Shown here in pieces: positions 19,787 to 29,797 of a stretch of 64,000 bases of DNA. The position numbers and the translations under genes were made by a program. Position 1 is the first letter of the stretch; each line of letters begins with the position of its first letter. The DNA lies in assembly GCA_963715195.1 (NCBI GenBank), contig CAVQRT010000003.1, positions 128,001 through 192,000 on the forward strand, given 5' to 3'. The DNA is from Thermodesulfovibrionales bacterium (GTDB lineage: Bacteria > Nitrospirota > Thermodesulfovibrionia > Thermodesulfovibrionales > SM23-35). Under the pieces are notes generated by a model. That model saw nothing but the letters and a program-made list of their open reading frames with translations, was not told the origin of the DNA and made no database searches.

Positions 19787-21097
19787 CTACTTTCTGAAAT
19801 ACTCACTCACCAGATCATAAACCATGGGTGCACTCAAGGACCTGAAAAAAATATTCCGGTACCGCTCATTTCCGGTAAACATGTCCCACAACATTGAACT
19901 GAGCCGTTTGGGATATGCTGGATCTGCCTGTTCTTTCCGCACAACCCTGAGCATCCCCTTCGTCAAAGCCTCATATTTCTTATGCAGATCGGTCACTGCA
20001 AAAAGAACTTTTCCATAGCGATTATCGATCATGATGTTCTTATAGACAGGATGGTAATTCTCTTCAAAATTTCTTCTGCTCACTCCATAAAGAATGGCGG
20101 TTTTTGCAGCCGCCTTCCCCATGATATACGCAGCCCCCAGCCCGTCCTTAAACAACCTTGTTGAACCGGCATCTCCACAGAGAACAACCCTGTCGGCAAA
20201 TGCAACCTCGGGAGCCCTGATATTCATCTTCGGAAGGCAACGGCATGCTATCTCGTATGCCCCCTTGCCCGGTAGAACAGACTGCACGACAGGATGATCA
20301 ATAAATGCATTAACCGTATTGTGATCGATATTCTCACCAAGAATACATACGGTCACATAGGTCCCTTTCGGAATGATTGCTGCGAACTTCATGTCCCTCA
20401 CAGGCAGGAGAAAAAGATTAACGGAGGTTCCGAAATATTCGGAGAGGACATTCTTGTCCATATAGATTTCTGAAATCGCGGCAGAAACTGTCTCAGGCTT
20501 CCGGTAACCGAATCCCATCTCTTCGAATATGGCAAAGGTCTGACTTTTTACGCCGACCGCCCCTACCACCAGATCCGGCTCCTGAATCTTTGTCTGCCCT
20601 GAAAATAACACAGGCCTGTTGTTTGCATAGGCAATGCGGTCGATCTTTTCATGATTATGAACCGCTCCTTCACGAATTGCCAGATCAAGGAGAAACCTGT
20701 CGAAGCTCTCTTTCTCGCTTCCGATAATCCCCCTTGGCCCTCCCCCGCGGTATACCGTAGCAATGGTCTTTTCTTTGGCAGGAGTTTCGATATATACATT
20801 CCCGTATTGCGTGTGAAGTTTATAGGAATTGATGCCGCGTTGAACAAGTGAATCCGGCAGGTTGATACCTTCGACAGCCAGATTCTGGACCAGCAGTTCG
20901 GAGATGATACCGCCGCATTTGTTGCAGCCGATTGGCCCGTCCCTGGTGAAATCCTTGGGTTCGTAGATCGTAACATTGACTGACTTTTCCATCATTTTTG
21001 CCATCTTGAGAGCGAAAATGCTGAAAAAGGAGCCTGTGGGCCCTCCACCAACTACGGCAATCTGGGCATCATTACGGAGTATCAATGAATCATCCAC
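19787..21097 (-). CDS. FAD-dependent oxidoreductase, geranylgeranyl-reductase-like
   Basis: VVGGGPTG, CNKCGG, FDRFLL..A...GA, CGDAG...DGLG. Confidence 0.75.
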   Translation of the reverse strand: MDDSLILRNDAQIAVVGGGPTGSFFSIFALKMAKMMEKSVNVTIYEPKDFTRDGPIGCNKCGGIISELLVQNLAVEGINLPDSLVQRGINSYKLHTQYGNVYIETPAKEKTIATVYRGGGPRGIIGSEKESFDRFLLDLAIREGAVHNHEKIDRIAYANNRPVLFSGQTKIQEPDLVVGAVGVKSQTFAIFEEMGFGYRKPETVSAAISEIYMDKNVLSEYFGTSVNLFLLPVRDMKFAAIIPKGTYVTVCILGENIDHNTVNAFIDHPVVQSVLPGKGAYEIACRCLPKMNIRAPEVAFADRVVLCGDAGSTRLFKDGLGAAYIMGKAAAKTAILYGVSRRNFEENYHPVYKNIMIDNRYGKVLFAVTDLHKKYEALTKGMLRVVRKEQADPAYPKRLSSMLWDMFTGNERYRNIFFRSLSAPMVYDLVSEYFRK

Positions 21098-21147
21098 AAC
21101 TATTCACCTGCTATCCGATTTCTGAAGAATTCCCAATGAAAGTACAT

Positions 21148-21220
21148 TGTCATGCTGAACTCGGTTCAGCATCTCATACAATCAATTGGATAGAGATCCC
21201 GAAACAAGTTCGGGATGACA
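21148..21220. repeat. TGTCAT...ATGACA REP-like palindrome doublet (variant)
   Basis: TGTCATGCTGAACTCGGTTCAGCATCTC...GAGATCCCGAAACAAGTTCGGGATGACA. Confidence 0.75.
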
Positions 21221-21415
21221 ATCAACAGTTTCCCGCGGCCGGAAATTCAATCAGTTTTGTCTATTAACTTATATTTTCCGCACTTTGTCAAGCGCTTCAT
21301 GCAAGAAATGTCTTTATTTTCATAAGGTTAATTTGTTCATGTTGACCCAAAAACCGCAGTTTACTGAGAAGATAAGCCTATAAAACCAAGCCAGTCAAGG
21401 CATTTCGATAAGATG

Positions 21416-21444
21416 TTGCACATTATCGTTTTTTCCCGTATGAT
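21416..21444 (+). promoter_or_regulatory. Sigma70-like promoter of the efflux operon
   Basis: TTGCAC-17-TATGAT. Confidence 0.55.
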
Positions 21445-21732
21445 GTGCTTTATTGCCGTTAAGGAATCGGTTAGCTCTTTCCATGGGTAAAGGGACTTGA
21501 CGAAACAAGACCCGGCTTTTTTGATACTGAAAATCAGGCAGATCGGATCTGTTACGGGCAGATTCGGTTTGGTCGCTTCTCTTGCTCTCGGGGTCTCGCT
21601 TTATATCGTAACTGCCTTTCTTATCATCGGCATGAAAAAATGTTGAGAAAGGCTGATAAGATTAATTGCTCAGGATAGAGAGGGGAATGATGATAACAGC
21701 TACAATAGGGATTCAAAAAAAAGGGAGAACGG

Positions 21733-22779
21733 ATGAAAGATAAGAAGATTCGCCGTTTCATCATAGGTCTTTTTATCGCGGTCGTGGCAATTACCGGCAT
21801 CTGGCTGTGGCAGTCCTTAAATCACAGGACCTCGGACAAAGGCCTTGTCCTCTATGGCAATGTGGACATCCGTCAGGTTGATCTGGCATTTAATGCAAAT
21901 GAGAGGATATTACAGGTGCTCGCGGAGGAGGGAGACAGAGTGGAAAAGGGGAAGCTCCTCGCAACACTCGAAACAAACCGGCTGCTTCATGAAGTCGCAC
22001 GTGCCAGGGCGCAGGTAAGTTCTCAGAGAGAAATTGTTGCACGGTTGGAAGCCGGCAGCCGGCCGGAGGAAATCCGCAAAGCACGCGCAGACATGAAAGC
22101 GGCTGAAGCAGAGGCAAAGAACGCTGAAACCAACTATCAACGTATGAGATCACTGGCGGAAGAAAGATCGGTAACGATTAAGCAAAGAGATGATGCTGAA
22201 GCAGCTGCAGCATTCGCAGCTGCACGGGTACAGGCAGCCAGAGAGGTGCTGGAACTTGCGCTTAAAGGCCCGCGCAAAGAGGATATAGCCTCGGCAAAAG
22301 CCTCTCTGAAAGCGTATGAAGAAGAGCTTGCGGTATCGGAGCAGAGACTGGAGTATGCTTCTCTGTATGCGCCGTCTGACGGAGTAATTCAAAACCGCAT
22401 CATGGAACCGGGAGATATGGCTTCCCCGCTGAAACCTGTCTTTACCCTTGCGCTTACCGACCCGGTATGGGTGCGGGCATATGTATCCGGACCTGATCTT
22501 GGGAAAGTGAAATTAGGGATGAACGCAGATGTCCGTACAGACAGTTTTCCGGGCAAAACGTATAAAGGCTGGATCGGCTTTTTATCTCCAACAGCCGAGT
22601 TCACGCCAAAATCTGTTGAAACGACAGAATTGAGAACCAAGCTTGTCTATCAGATAAGGATTTTTGTCTGCAATCCGCAGAACGAGCTTCGTCTGGGTAT
22701 GCCTGCCACGGTAACCATTCCCCTGGATCAGGTTCCCGGAGAAGCCTCTCCTGAACAGAATCGCTGCAAAAACCCCTGA
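21733..22779 (+). CDS. HlyD-family membrane fusion protein (YbhG-like)
   Basis: LYGNVDIRQV, GSRPEEI, AEFTPKSVET..LRT.LVY. Confidence 0.9.
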   Translation: MKDKKIRRFIIGLFIAVVAITGIWLWQSLNHRTSDKGLVLYGNVDIRQVDLAFNANERILQVLAEEGDRVEKGKLLATLETNRLLHEVARARAQVSSQREIVARLEAGSRPEEIRKARADMKAAEAEAKNAETNYQRMRSLAEERSVTIKQRDDAEAAAAFAAARVQAAREVLELALKGPRKEDIASAKASLKAYEEELAVSEQRLEYASLYAPSDGVIQNRIMEPGDMASPLKPVFTLALTDPVWVRAYVSGPDLGKVKLGMNADVRTDSFPGKTYKGWIGFLSPTAEFTPKSVETTELRTKLVYQIRIFVCNPQNELRLGMPATVTIPLDQVPGEASPEQNRCKNP

Positions 22780-24572
22780 TGGTGGACCAACATCCACAAG
22801 TCATCTCCAAAGCCGAAAACAGTGATGCAGTCATCACGCTTACTGATATCAGCAAGTCCTTTGTTTCAGGGAAAAGAACAGTTCAGGCGCTGAATAATGT
22901 AAATGCACTTGTCCAGGGAAGTAGGATAACCGGTCTTGTCGGACCTGACGGTTCAGGCAAGACAACCGTTATGAGACTGATCGTCGGACTTTTGTCGCCG
23001 GATAAAGGCACAGTAACCGTCCTCGGAAGAGATGCAACAGTTGAATCATTGCTGGTACAGGCTTCTGTCGGATATATGCCTCAGAGATTCGGCCTGTATG
23101 AAGACCTTACCGTTTCAGAGAATCTCAACCTTTATGCGGATCTTCAGGGCGTGCCAAGGGATGCACGGAATGAACGCTTCGGGGAGCTCATGCATATGAC
23201 AGGACTGGGGCCTTTTGTTTCCCGCCTGGCAGGACGCCTGTCCGGAGGAATGAAGCAGAAGCTCGGCCTGGCGTGTACCCTCGTGAAGTCCCCGCAACTC
23301 CTGATTCTGGATGAACCAACAGTGGGTGTTGACCCTGTGTCGCGCCGGGAACTCTGGTCAATAGTCTACCGCTTAGTGCGCGAGGAGGGAATGAGTGTTC
23401 TCCTGAGCACATCGTACCTCGACGAAGCAGAACGCTGCAATGAAGTGATCATGATGTTTGAGGGACAGATCCTCGGTCAGGATCTGCCTGCAAAGTTCAG
23501 CAGCGCAATGGAAGGCCGAACATACACTGTCACCGTGCCGGGAATGAAAAGCCGTGTTCTTCAGAAGAAACTTCTTGCACTCTCAGAGGTAACAGATGCG
23601 ATTGTCCAGGGTGACCATGTGCGCCTCGTCATGGCAACGGAGGAAGGTATCGAAGCTGCCGGGCTCCTGCCGGGAAGAGAAATTGTTTCACTCAAGCCCG
23701 TGAAGCCGCGCTTCGAAGATGGGTTCGTTGCAATACTCAGACAACAGCGTTCATCAAGATTTTCCGATAGAGAGAAAAACATGCAATCCGTTCCGTCTCC
23801 CGAAGGAAACGGAACAGACGTTATTGAAGTAAAAGGCCTGAAGCGCAGGTTCGGAGATTTCTATGCGGTGAAAGGGATAACTTTCTCGGTAAAAAGAGGA
23901 GAAGTCTTCGGTCTTCTGGGTCCGAACGGTGCGGGCAAATCAACGACGTTCAGGATGATGTGCGGGTTGTTGCCGCCGACCGACGGCATGTTAAGTGTTG
24001 CAGGACATGATCTGAGACGCGCTCCTGCCGCAGCCCGCGCGCATATCGGATACATGTCTCAGAAGTTTTCCTTATACGGCAACCTGAGTGTCAGAGAGAA
24101 CCTTCATTTTTTCAGCAGTGTCTACGGCATGGCGGGAGCAGCCGGTCATGAAAGAATTCAGTGGGCGCTGGATCAGTTCGAGCTCGGAGATTATGCAGAA
24201 TCTTCGAGCAGCGATCTTTCGCTGGGGCACAAACAGAGGCTTGCCATGGCCTGTTCCCTCATGCACGAACCGGAAATACTCTTTCTCGACGAACCCACCT
24301 CGGGTGTCGATCCGCTGGCGCGGAGGGAATTCTGGCAGCGCATTAACTCACTGGCGGAACAAGGCGTAACAGTAATGGTGACCACACATTTCATGGAAGA
24401 AGCGGATTACTGCGACAGGCTGGCTATTATCGCTTCAGGCAATATCCTCGCGCTTGGAACACCTTCAGAGATCAAGTCAGAAACCAAATCTGCCGAGATC
24501 CCTGAGCCGACCATGGAAGACGCCTTTATCAGCCTCATAAAGAAAAGCGAACAGGAACACCATAAATCATGA
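22779..24572 (+). CDS. Dual-NBD ABC ATPase (YbhF-like)
   Basis: Two Walker A motifs (GPDGSGKTT, GPNGAGKST), LSGGMKQK, two LDEPT.GVDP. Confidence 0.92.
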   Translation: MVDQHPQVISKAENSDAVITLTDISKSFVSGKRTVQALNNVNALVQGSRITGLVGPDGSGKTTVMRLIVGLLSPDKGTVTVLGRDATVESLLVQASVGYMPQRFGLYEDLTVSENLNLYADLQGVPRDARNERFGELMHMTGLGPFVSRLAGRLSGGMKQKLGLACTLVKSPQLLILDEPTVGVDPVSRRELWSIVYRLVREEGMSVLLSTSYLDEAERCNEVIMMFEGQILGQDLPAKFSSAMEGRTYTVTVPGMKSRVLQKKLLALSEVTDAIVQGDHVRLVMATEEGIEAAGLLPGREIVSLKPVKPRFEDGFVAILRQQRSSRFSDREKNMQSVPSPEGNGTDVIEVKGLKRRFGDFYAVKGITFSVKRGEVFGLLGPNGAGKSTTFRMMCGLLPPTDGMLSVAGHDLRRAPAAARAHIGYMSQKFSLYGNLSVRENLHFFSSVYGMAGAAGHERIQWALDQFELGDYAESSSSDLSLGHKQRLAMACSLMHEPEILFLDEPTSGVDPLARREFWQRINSLAEQGVTVMVTTHFMEEADYCDRLAIIASGNILALGTPSEIKSETKSAEIPEPTMEDAFISLIKKSEQEHHKS

Positions 24573-25732
24573 AAGATAAGACCGGAGAATTCAGTCCTGT
24601 CGAAGTCCGGAGAGCAGCCGGCAGGATGCGTCTCCGGGGTCTTGTGCGAAAAGAATTTCTTCAGATCCTGCGGGACCCCAGCAGCATCGCGATCGCTTTT
24701 CTTATGCCGGTCCTGCTCCTGTTCCTGTTCGGTTACGGCGTATCACTCGATGCAGAACATGTGCCGGTCGGAATTGTGGTCGAAAAGCCTGATCAGGACA
24801 CTTCACGGTTTATCGGTTCTTTCATGCAGTCACGTTACTTCGAGCCTGTTCTCATGTTCAGCATGGCTGAAGCAGTTCACGCTCTGGAGTCAGGCACTGT
24901 GGATGCTGTCATTCACCTGAGGCAGGATTTTTCAAAAACCCTGAAGGCTTCCCGGGATGCGCCTGTCCAGGTGATCGTCAACGGAGTGGATGCGAATACC
25001 GCCCGCATCATTTCCGGATACATAGAAGGTGCATGGATCAGGTGGCTTGGTCACGAAGCGAAAGCAACCGGCACCGATCTCAGAATACCAGTGCAGATTG
25101 AGCAACGGGTATGGTTCAACAGCGAACTCAGAAGCCGCAATTACCTCATCCCCGGATTGATAGCCATCATCATGACGCTGATCGGCGCCCTGCTGACCGC
25201 CATGGTTATGGCCCGTGAGTGGGAACGCGGCACAATGGAAGCGCTTATGGTTACCCCTGTTGCGCAAAGAGAAATACTGATTGGTAAGCTCATTCCCTAC
25301 TTTGCTCTGGGCATAGGGGGTATGGCGCTGTCTGTGCTTCTGGCGATCTTTTTGTTTGACGTGCCGTTGAGAGGTTCAGTCTTCGTTCTCTTTGCAGCCT
25401 CATCGCTTTTCCTGCTCACTGCACTGGGGATGGGTCTTCTTATCTCGATTCTTGCGAAGAACCAGTTTGTCGCCGGTCAGGCAGCAATAATCGTGACATT
25501 CCTCCCCGCTTTTATTCTCTCCGGGTTCATCTTCGATATCAACAGTATGCCCGCGCCAATACAGGTGATCACACATATTATTGCGGCACGCTACTTCGTA
25601 GCGATTCTCCAGACAATATTCCTCGCGGGCACTATCTGGTCTGTGATCGCATGGAATTCACTGGCCCTTGTCATCATGTCAACGTTTTTTCTCGGGATCA
25701 CCCGGCGGAAGTTTCGCAAACGTCTTGAATAG
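24569..25732 (+). CDS. ABC-2 permease (YbhS-like)
   Basis: KEFLQILRDPSS, AREWERGTME, LSGFIF. Confidence 0.9.
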   Translation: MKDKTGEFSPVEVRRAAGRMRLRGLVRKEFLQILRDPSSIAIAFLMPVLLLFLFGYGVSLDAEHVPVGIVVEKPDQDTSRFIGSFMQSRYFEPVLMFSMAEAVHALESGTVDAVIHLRQDFSKTLKASRDAPVQVIVNGVDANTARIISGYIEGAWIRWLGHEAKATGTDLRIPVQIEQRVWFNSELRSRNYLIPGLIAIIMTLIGALLTAMVMAREWERGTMEALMVTPVAQREILIGKLIPYFALGIGGMALSVLLAIFLFDVPLRGSVFVLFAASSLFLLTALGMGLLISILAKNQFVAGQAAIIVTFLPAFILSGFIFDINSMPAPIQVITHIIAARYFVAILQTIFLAGTIWSVIAWNSLALVIMSTFFLGITRRKFRKRLE

Positions 25733-25741
25733 AGAATAGAC

Positions 25742-26851
25742 ATGTGGAAACGAGTTTTTGCTCTTACCATAAAAGAATTTCTTGCCCTGCTGAAAGACAA
25801 GAAAAGCAGACTGGTGGTGTTCATCCCTCCCCTGGTGCAGTTGCTCGTCTTCGGCTATGCGGCAACCTTCGACCTGAAGAATGTTCCGTTTGCCGTATAC
25901 AATGAGGACAGTGGAATTGCATCACGGGAACTTCTTGCCCGCTTCAGGGGTTCTCAGAATTTCACCGAAGTCGCTACAATCTATAGTGAAGGGGAACTCT
26001 CCCGCATCATTAACCGGCAAGAAGCGCTCCTTGTGGTTCATATCGGCCCTGAATTCAGCCGCAATCTCTTAAAAGGCCGGCCAGGCTCTGTGCAAATCAT
26101 TATAGACGGCAGGAACTCGAATACGGCCATGCTCGCGCTGAATTATCTAAGGACCATAGTGAACGAGTTTAACAGAACGTGGATCGAACGTTCAGGAGGA
26201 ACGGGATTTCCAGCCCGCCTTGTGATCCGGGCCTGGTTCAATTCCAATCTGGAGAGCCGATGGTTCATTGTCCCTGGCATTATAGGACTTCTCACCCTTG
26301 TGGTTACTACAGTGGTCACCGCCCTCTCGGTCGCCCGGGAACGTGAACAGGGGACATTCGACCAATTGCTGGTAACTCCAATTCGACCGGTTGAAATCAT
26401 CATAGGGAAGAGCCTCCCCGGATTCTTTATCGGACTTGCAGAAGCAACAGTGATCATCCTTGCGACTGTATTCTGGTTCGATATCCCTCTGCGTGGAAAT
26501 GTGCTGACACTCTATACAGGGGTAATCCTCTTCATCCTGTCCGCCATTGGGATAGGACTTATGATATCCTCCCTTGCGGTCACCCAGCAGCAGGGATTAT
26601 TGGGCGCTTTCCTGTTTCTTGTCCCTGCTGTAATTCTGTCAGGCTTCACGACGCCAATTGCCAATATGCCACCGTTACTGCAGGACCTTACACTCCTCAA
26701 CCCCCTGAGATATTTCATGGTGATTTTGCGTGGAGTTTTTCTGGAAGGAAAGCCCTTTCATATGCTGATCAATCAATTCTGGCCAATGGCCATGATCGGC
26801 ATGGCGAATCTTTCTATTGCAGGATGGCTCTTCCGCCATCGCCTCTATTAA
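25742..26851 (+). CDS. ABC-2 permease (YbhR-like)
   Basis: FGYAATFDL, DGRNSN, AREREQGTFDQLLVTP. Confidence 0.9.
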   Translation: MWKRVFALTIKEFLALLKDKKSRLVVFIPPLVQLLVFGYAATFDLKNVPFAVYNEDSGIASRELLARFRGSQNFTEVATIYSEGELSRIINRQEALLVVHIGPEFSRNLLKGRPGSVQIIIDGRNSNTAMLALNYLRTIVNEFNRTWIERSGGTGFPARLVIRAWFNSNLESRWFIVPGIIGLLTLVVTTVVTALSVAREREQGTFDQLLVTPIRPVEIIIGKSLPGFFIGLAEATVIILATVFWFDIPLRGNVLTLYTGVILFILSAIGIGLMISSLAVTQQQGLLGAFLFLVPAVILSGFTTPIANMPPLLQDLTLLNPLRYFMVILRGVFLEGKPFHMLINQFWPMAMIGMANLSIAGWLFRHRLY

Positions 26852-26951
26852 TCCAATAACCCATAAATGTAGATAGGATGAATAAAATTATTTTTGATAC
26901 CTTAAGGAGAATCTTTGTTGATTATTATTTGGGGTAAATACAGTTTTCATG

Positions 26952-26980
26952 TTGACAATGGTTACAAGGCTCTTTAAACT
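26952..26980 (+). promoter_or_regulatory. Sigma70 promoter for the TolC-family gene
   Basis: TTGACA-17-TAAACT. Confidence 0.6.
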
Positions 26981-27005
26981 TTACTCTGAAACGAGGCCAT
27001 AGAGA

Positions 27006-28307
27006 ATGAAATATCTTTGTTTTGCTTCTCTCCGTAGAGTCCTGATATTTTTGCTTGTTCTTCTTCCTGGTCTTCCTGCAGTGTATGCAGAGACTCTTGA
27101 GGATGCATGGAACATCGCGCTCGCATCCGATCACCGTTTGCAGGCAAGCCGTATGAATGTCGAATCAAGCAAACAAACTTTGTCGGCAGCGAAGGCAGCG
27201 CGCTACCCTGCCCTCTCCTTAGAAAGTGGATATACCCTTCTGAACAATGCCCCGGCAGCAGTCCTTGATGAACCCATGGCAGCAATTGATCGTATACCTA
27301 CAGGTGAGGACAAGAGCCTCTCTTATAAGACCACCATGACCCTTCCCCTTTTCACAAGCGGGCGTTTAAGTAAAGGAATTGATACAGCGATCTCAACCCT
27401 TAACAGTGTCATTCAGGATGAAGTGAAAACGCTTCTCGATCTGAAATTGAATGTTGCCGAGGCTTATATCTCGGTCCTGCGGGCACAACGCCTTGTTGGG
27501 GTCGCGGAGACAAATGTGTCGAGCCTCGTATCATATGCAACTGATGTGAAAAACTTTTATGAACAGGGTATGGTCACGAAAAATGACATGCTTGCGGCAG
27601 AGGTCTCGCTCGCTGACGCACGCCAGCGGCTGACTCAGGCTTCGAACGCTTTGAACATCGCCAGGGCCTCTTACAACAGACTGTTGGGACGCCCTCTTGA
27701 TCAACAGTTGAATATCGATGATTTTTCAACCGAACCGGTTAGACCGGATTTTGAGAATCTGAAATCGAAGGCTTTGGAGAAACGGCCTGAACTCATCTCC
27801 CTGTCTGAGCAGGCGCGGGCACTCCAGTATCAGGCCTCCGGCATTCGATCATCCACATTGCCTCAGCTCTTGCTCTCCGGTGGATACAGTTTTACCCAAA
27901 ACAAGTATCAGGTTTACGAGGATGTCTGGTCGGCCACTTTAGGACTCAGATGGGATATTTTTGACGGCGGGATATCGCGGCACAATGCGAGTGCGCTCAT
28001 GCAAAAAGCAGAAGCCCTGAATGAAGTCCGCAAAGACACTGCCTCACTCATATCCCTGCAGGTCCGTCAGGCATGTCTTGATATTGATGAATCTTACAAA
28101 CGCATCGAGGTAACACGCGAGGCTGTTTCCCAGTCAGAGGAGAATCTCAAGGTTGCAAAAGACCGCTACCGGGAGGGAGTCGGCACAAATACGGAAGTCC
28201 TTGATGCAGAAACCCTCAGGACAAGGAGTTACAGCAACCATTACAATGCTTTGTATGATGCTGCGCTGTCAAACATACGGTTAAAATATGTAACGGGAGA
28301 ATTGTGA
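27006..28307 (+). CDS. TolC-family outer membrane efflux protein
   Basis: Signal peptide; two OEP repeats; RYREGVGTNTEVLDAE. Confidence 0.9.
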   Translation: MKYLCFASLRRVLIFLLVLLPGLPAVYAETLEDAWNIALASDHRLQASRMNVESSKQTLSAAKAARYPALSLESGYTLLNNAPAAVLDEPMAAIDRIPTGEDKSLSYKTTMTLPLFTSGRLSKGIDTAISTLNSVIQDEVKTLLDLKLNVAEAYISVLRAQRLVGVAETNVSSLVSYATDVKNFYEQGMVTKNDMLAAEVSLADARQRLTQASNALNIARASYNRLLGRPLDQQLNIDDFSTEPVRPDFENLKSKALEKRPELISLSEQARALQYQASGIRSSTLPQLLLSGGYSFTQNKYQVYEDVWSATLGLRWDIFDGGISRHNASALMQKAEALNEVRKDTASLISLQVRQACLDIDESYKRIEVTREAVSQSEENLKVAKDRYREGVGTNTEVLDAETLRTRSYSNHYNALYDAALSNIRLKYVTGEL

Positions 28308-28314
28308 GAAAAGC

Positions 28315-28409
28315 AGGGTTCGAGGATTCGAGGGTTCAAGGATTCAGGTGACAAAGCAAAGACGATTCTTTTCCACTTGACCCCTGGAATCCTGGACCCC
28401 TTGGACCCT
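28315..28409. repeat. Inverted arrays of degenerate 8-mer repeats between convergent genes
   Basis: GGGTTCGA-GGATTCGA-GGGTTCAA-GGATTCAG versus CCCCTGGA-ATCCTGGA-CCCCTTGG. Confidence 0.6.
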
Positions 28410-28413
28410 GTTG

Positions 28414-28977
28414 TTAAAATATTAGTCCTATCTGTCCGCCGAATCTTTGATTGCTGTAGTTCTTATTCGTGTCACTTCCCTTATCGGTAAATTGTATCTT
28501 TGCGTTGATGCCTAGAAATACCTTACCGATCGTTAGATTTATGTCGCCAAAAAACTGACCGCCGAACAGCCATTCATCCGTCGAATCTGACCCTGAGAAC
28601 TCTTCTTTGGCATAATTGAAAGAACCGCCGGCACCGAAATCCATGATGAGATGATTGATGATTCTGACCGCGTATTTCAGATTTAATTCAATAGGGATGA
28701 AAATAACATCAGAATTTGTTGTGGCTCCGAAAATTGTTACCTTCCCATCATTACTCGTATACCCGACCTCAGCCCCGAGATACAGGTTTTTCTCTATCTC
28801 TTTGTACCCTTCAGCACCGACATACACCCCGTCATCAGTAGCACCATCAAAATGAATCGAATCAATTTTTACCGCGAAATTGTTTCTTCCCAGCGTCATC
28901 TTTTCGGCTGCAAAAGCATCTGCGGATAAAAGTGCAAAAGATGCTGCTACTAAAACCGCTATGACTATTTTTTTCAT
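28414..28977 (-). CDS. Small outer-membrane beta-barrel protein
   Basis: GGAGG RBS, signal ...AFA, beta alternation, terminal GLIF. Confidence 0.75.
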   Translation of the reverse strand: MKKIVIAVLVAASFALLSADAFAAEKMTLGRNNFAVKIDSIHFDGATDDGVYVGAEGYKEIEKNLYLGAEVGYTSNDGKVTIFGATTNSDVIFIPIELNLKYAVRIINHLIMDFGAGGSFNYAKEEFSGSDSTDEWLFGGQFFGDINLTIGKVFLGINAKIQFTDKGSDTNKNYSNQRFGGQIGLIF

Positions 28978-29013
28978 CCAACCCTCCTGTGAGATATAAA
29001 TTACTGTGGATAC

Positions 29014-29042
29014 ACTGTACAATTTTCCTGGCACACTGTCAA
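29014..29042 (-). promoter_or_regulatory. Sigma70 promoter
   Basis: TTGACA-17-TACAGT. Confidence 0.55.
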
Positions 29043-29134
29043 TAAACCCTCTCGCTAAAATTGTATAATAACAACCACATGGTGAAAAGTTGTCGATTTC
29101 ACCCTAACGCATCACTTTCCAAAAGGAGGAACCC

Positions 29135-29797
29135 ATGGATGCAATAGAGTGCATTAAGACAAGAATGAGCATCAGAAAATTCAAACCAGACCCGGTACCT
29201 GCCGATCTTCTCCTGAAAATCATCGATGAAGCCAAGTGGAGCCCGTCATACAAAAACAGCCAACCCTGGGAAGTTGTCATCATATCGGGTGCGAAAAAAG
29301 AGGCCCTCTCCAGTATGCTCGTCGAACTGCTCGAAAAGGGCATTGAACCGCAGCCGGATCTTCCAGCGCCGCTCTCATGGCCACCTGTGATAAGCGCAAG
29401 GATTGATGCGCTCATGAAAAAGCGAAGCCAGGAAACTGGCAAAGACCTGAACGATCCCGAGGTGAGAACAAAATCCAAAAAGGCAAACTTCAGATTCTAT
29501 GGGGCCCCGCACGGGATGCTTCTTTTTCAGGATGCACAGCTGACAGGCTGGTCGATATTCGATATGGGTCTGTTCGCCCAGAGTCTGATGCTCGCGGCCC
29601 ATGCTCATGGACTCGGTACCGTACCCCAGGCATTCCTTACCGATTACGCCAATGAGGTAAAGAAGTTTCTGGATATTGCCGAAACAAAAAGAATGGTGCT
29701 CGGCATATCAATCGGGTATCCTGACCTGGAGTCGCCGGTAAACTCCTTCAGGACCGACAGAGTAGAGACATCCGAGATTGTAAAATTGTTATCATGA
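29135..29797 (+). CDS. Nitroreductase family protein
   Basis: RMSIRKF, SPSYKNSQPW, LMLAAHAHGLGT. Confidence 0.9.
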   Translation: MDAIECIKTRMSIRKFKPDPVPADLLLKIIDEAKWSPSYKNSQPWEVVIISGAKKEALSSMLVELLEKGIEPQPDLPAPLSWPPVISARIDALMKKRSQETGKDLNDPEVRTKSKKANFRFYGAPHGMLLFQDAQLTGWSIFDMGLFAQSLMLAAHAHGLGTVPQAFLTDYANEVKKFLDIAETKRMVLGISIGYPDLESPVNSFRTDRVETSEIVKLLS

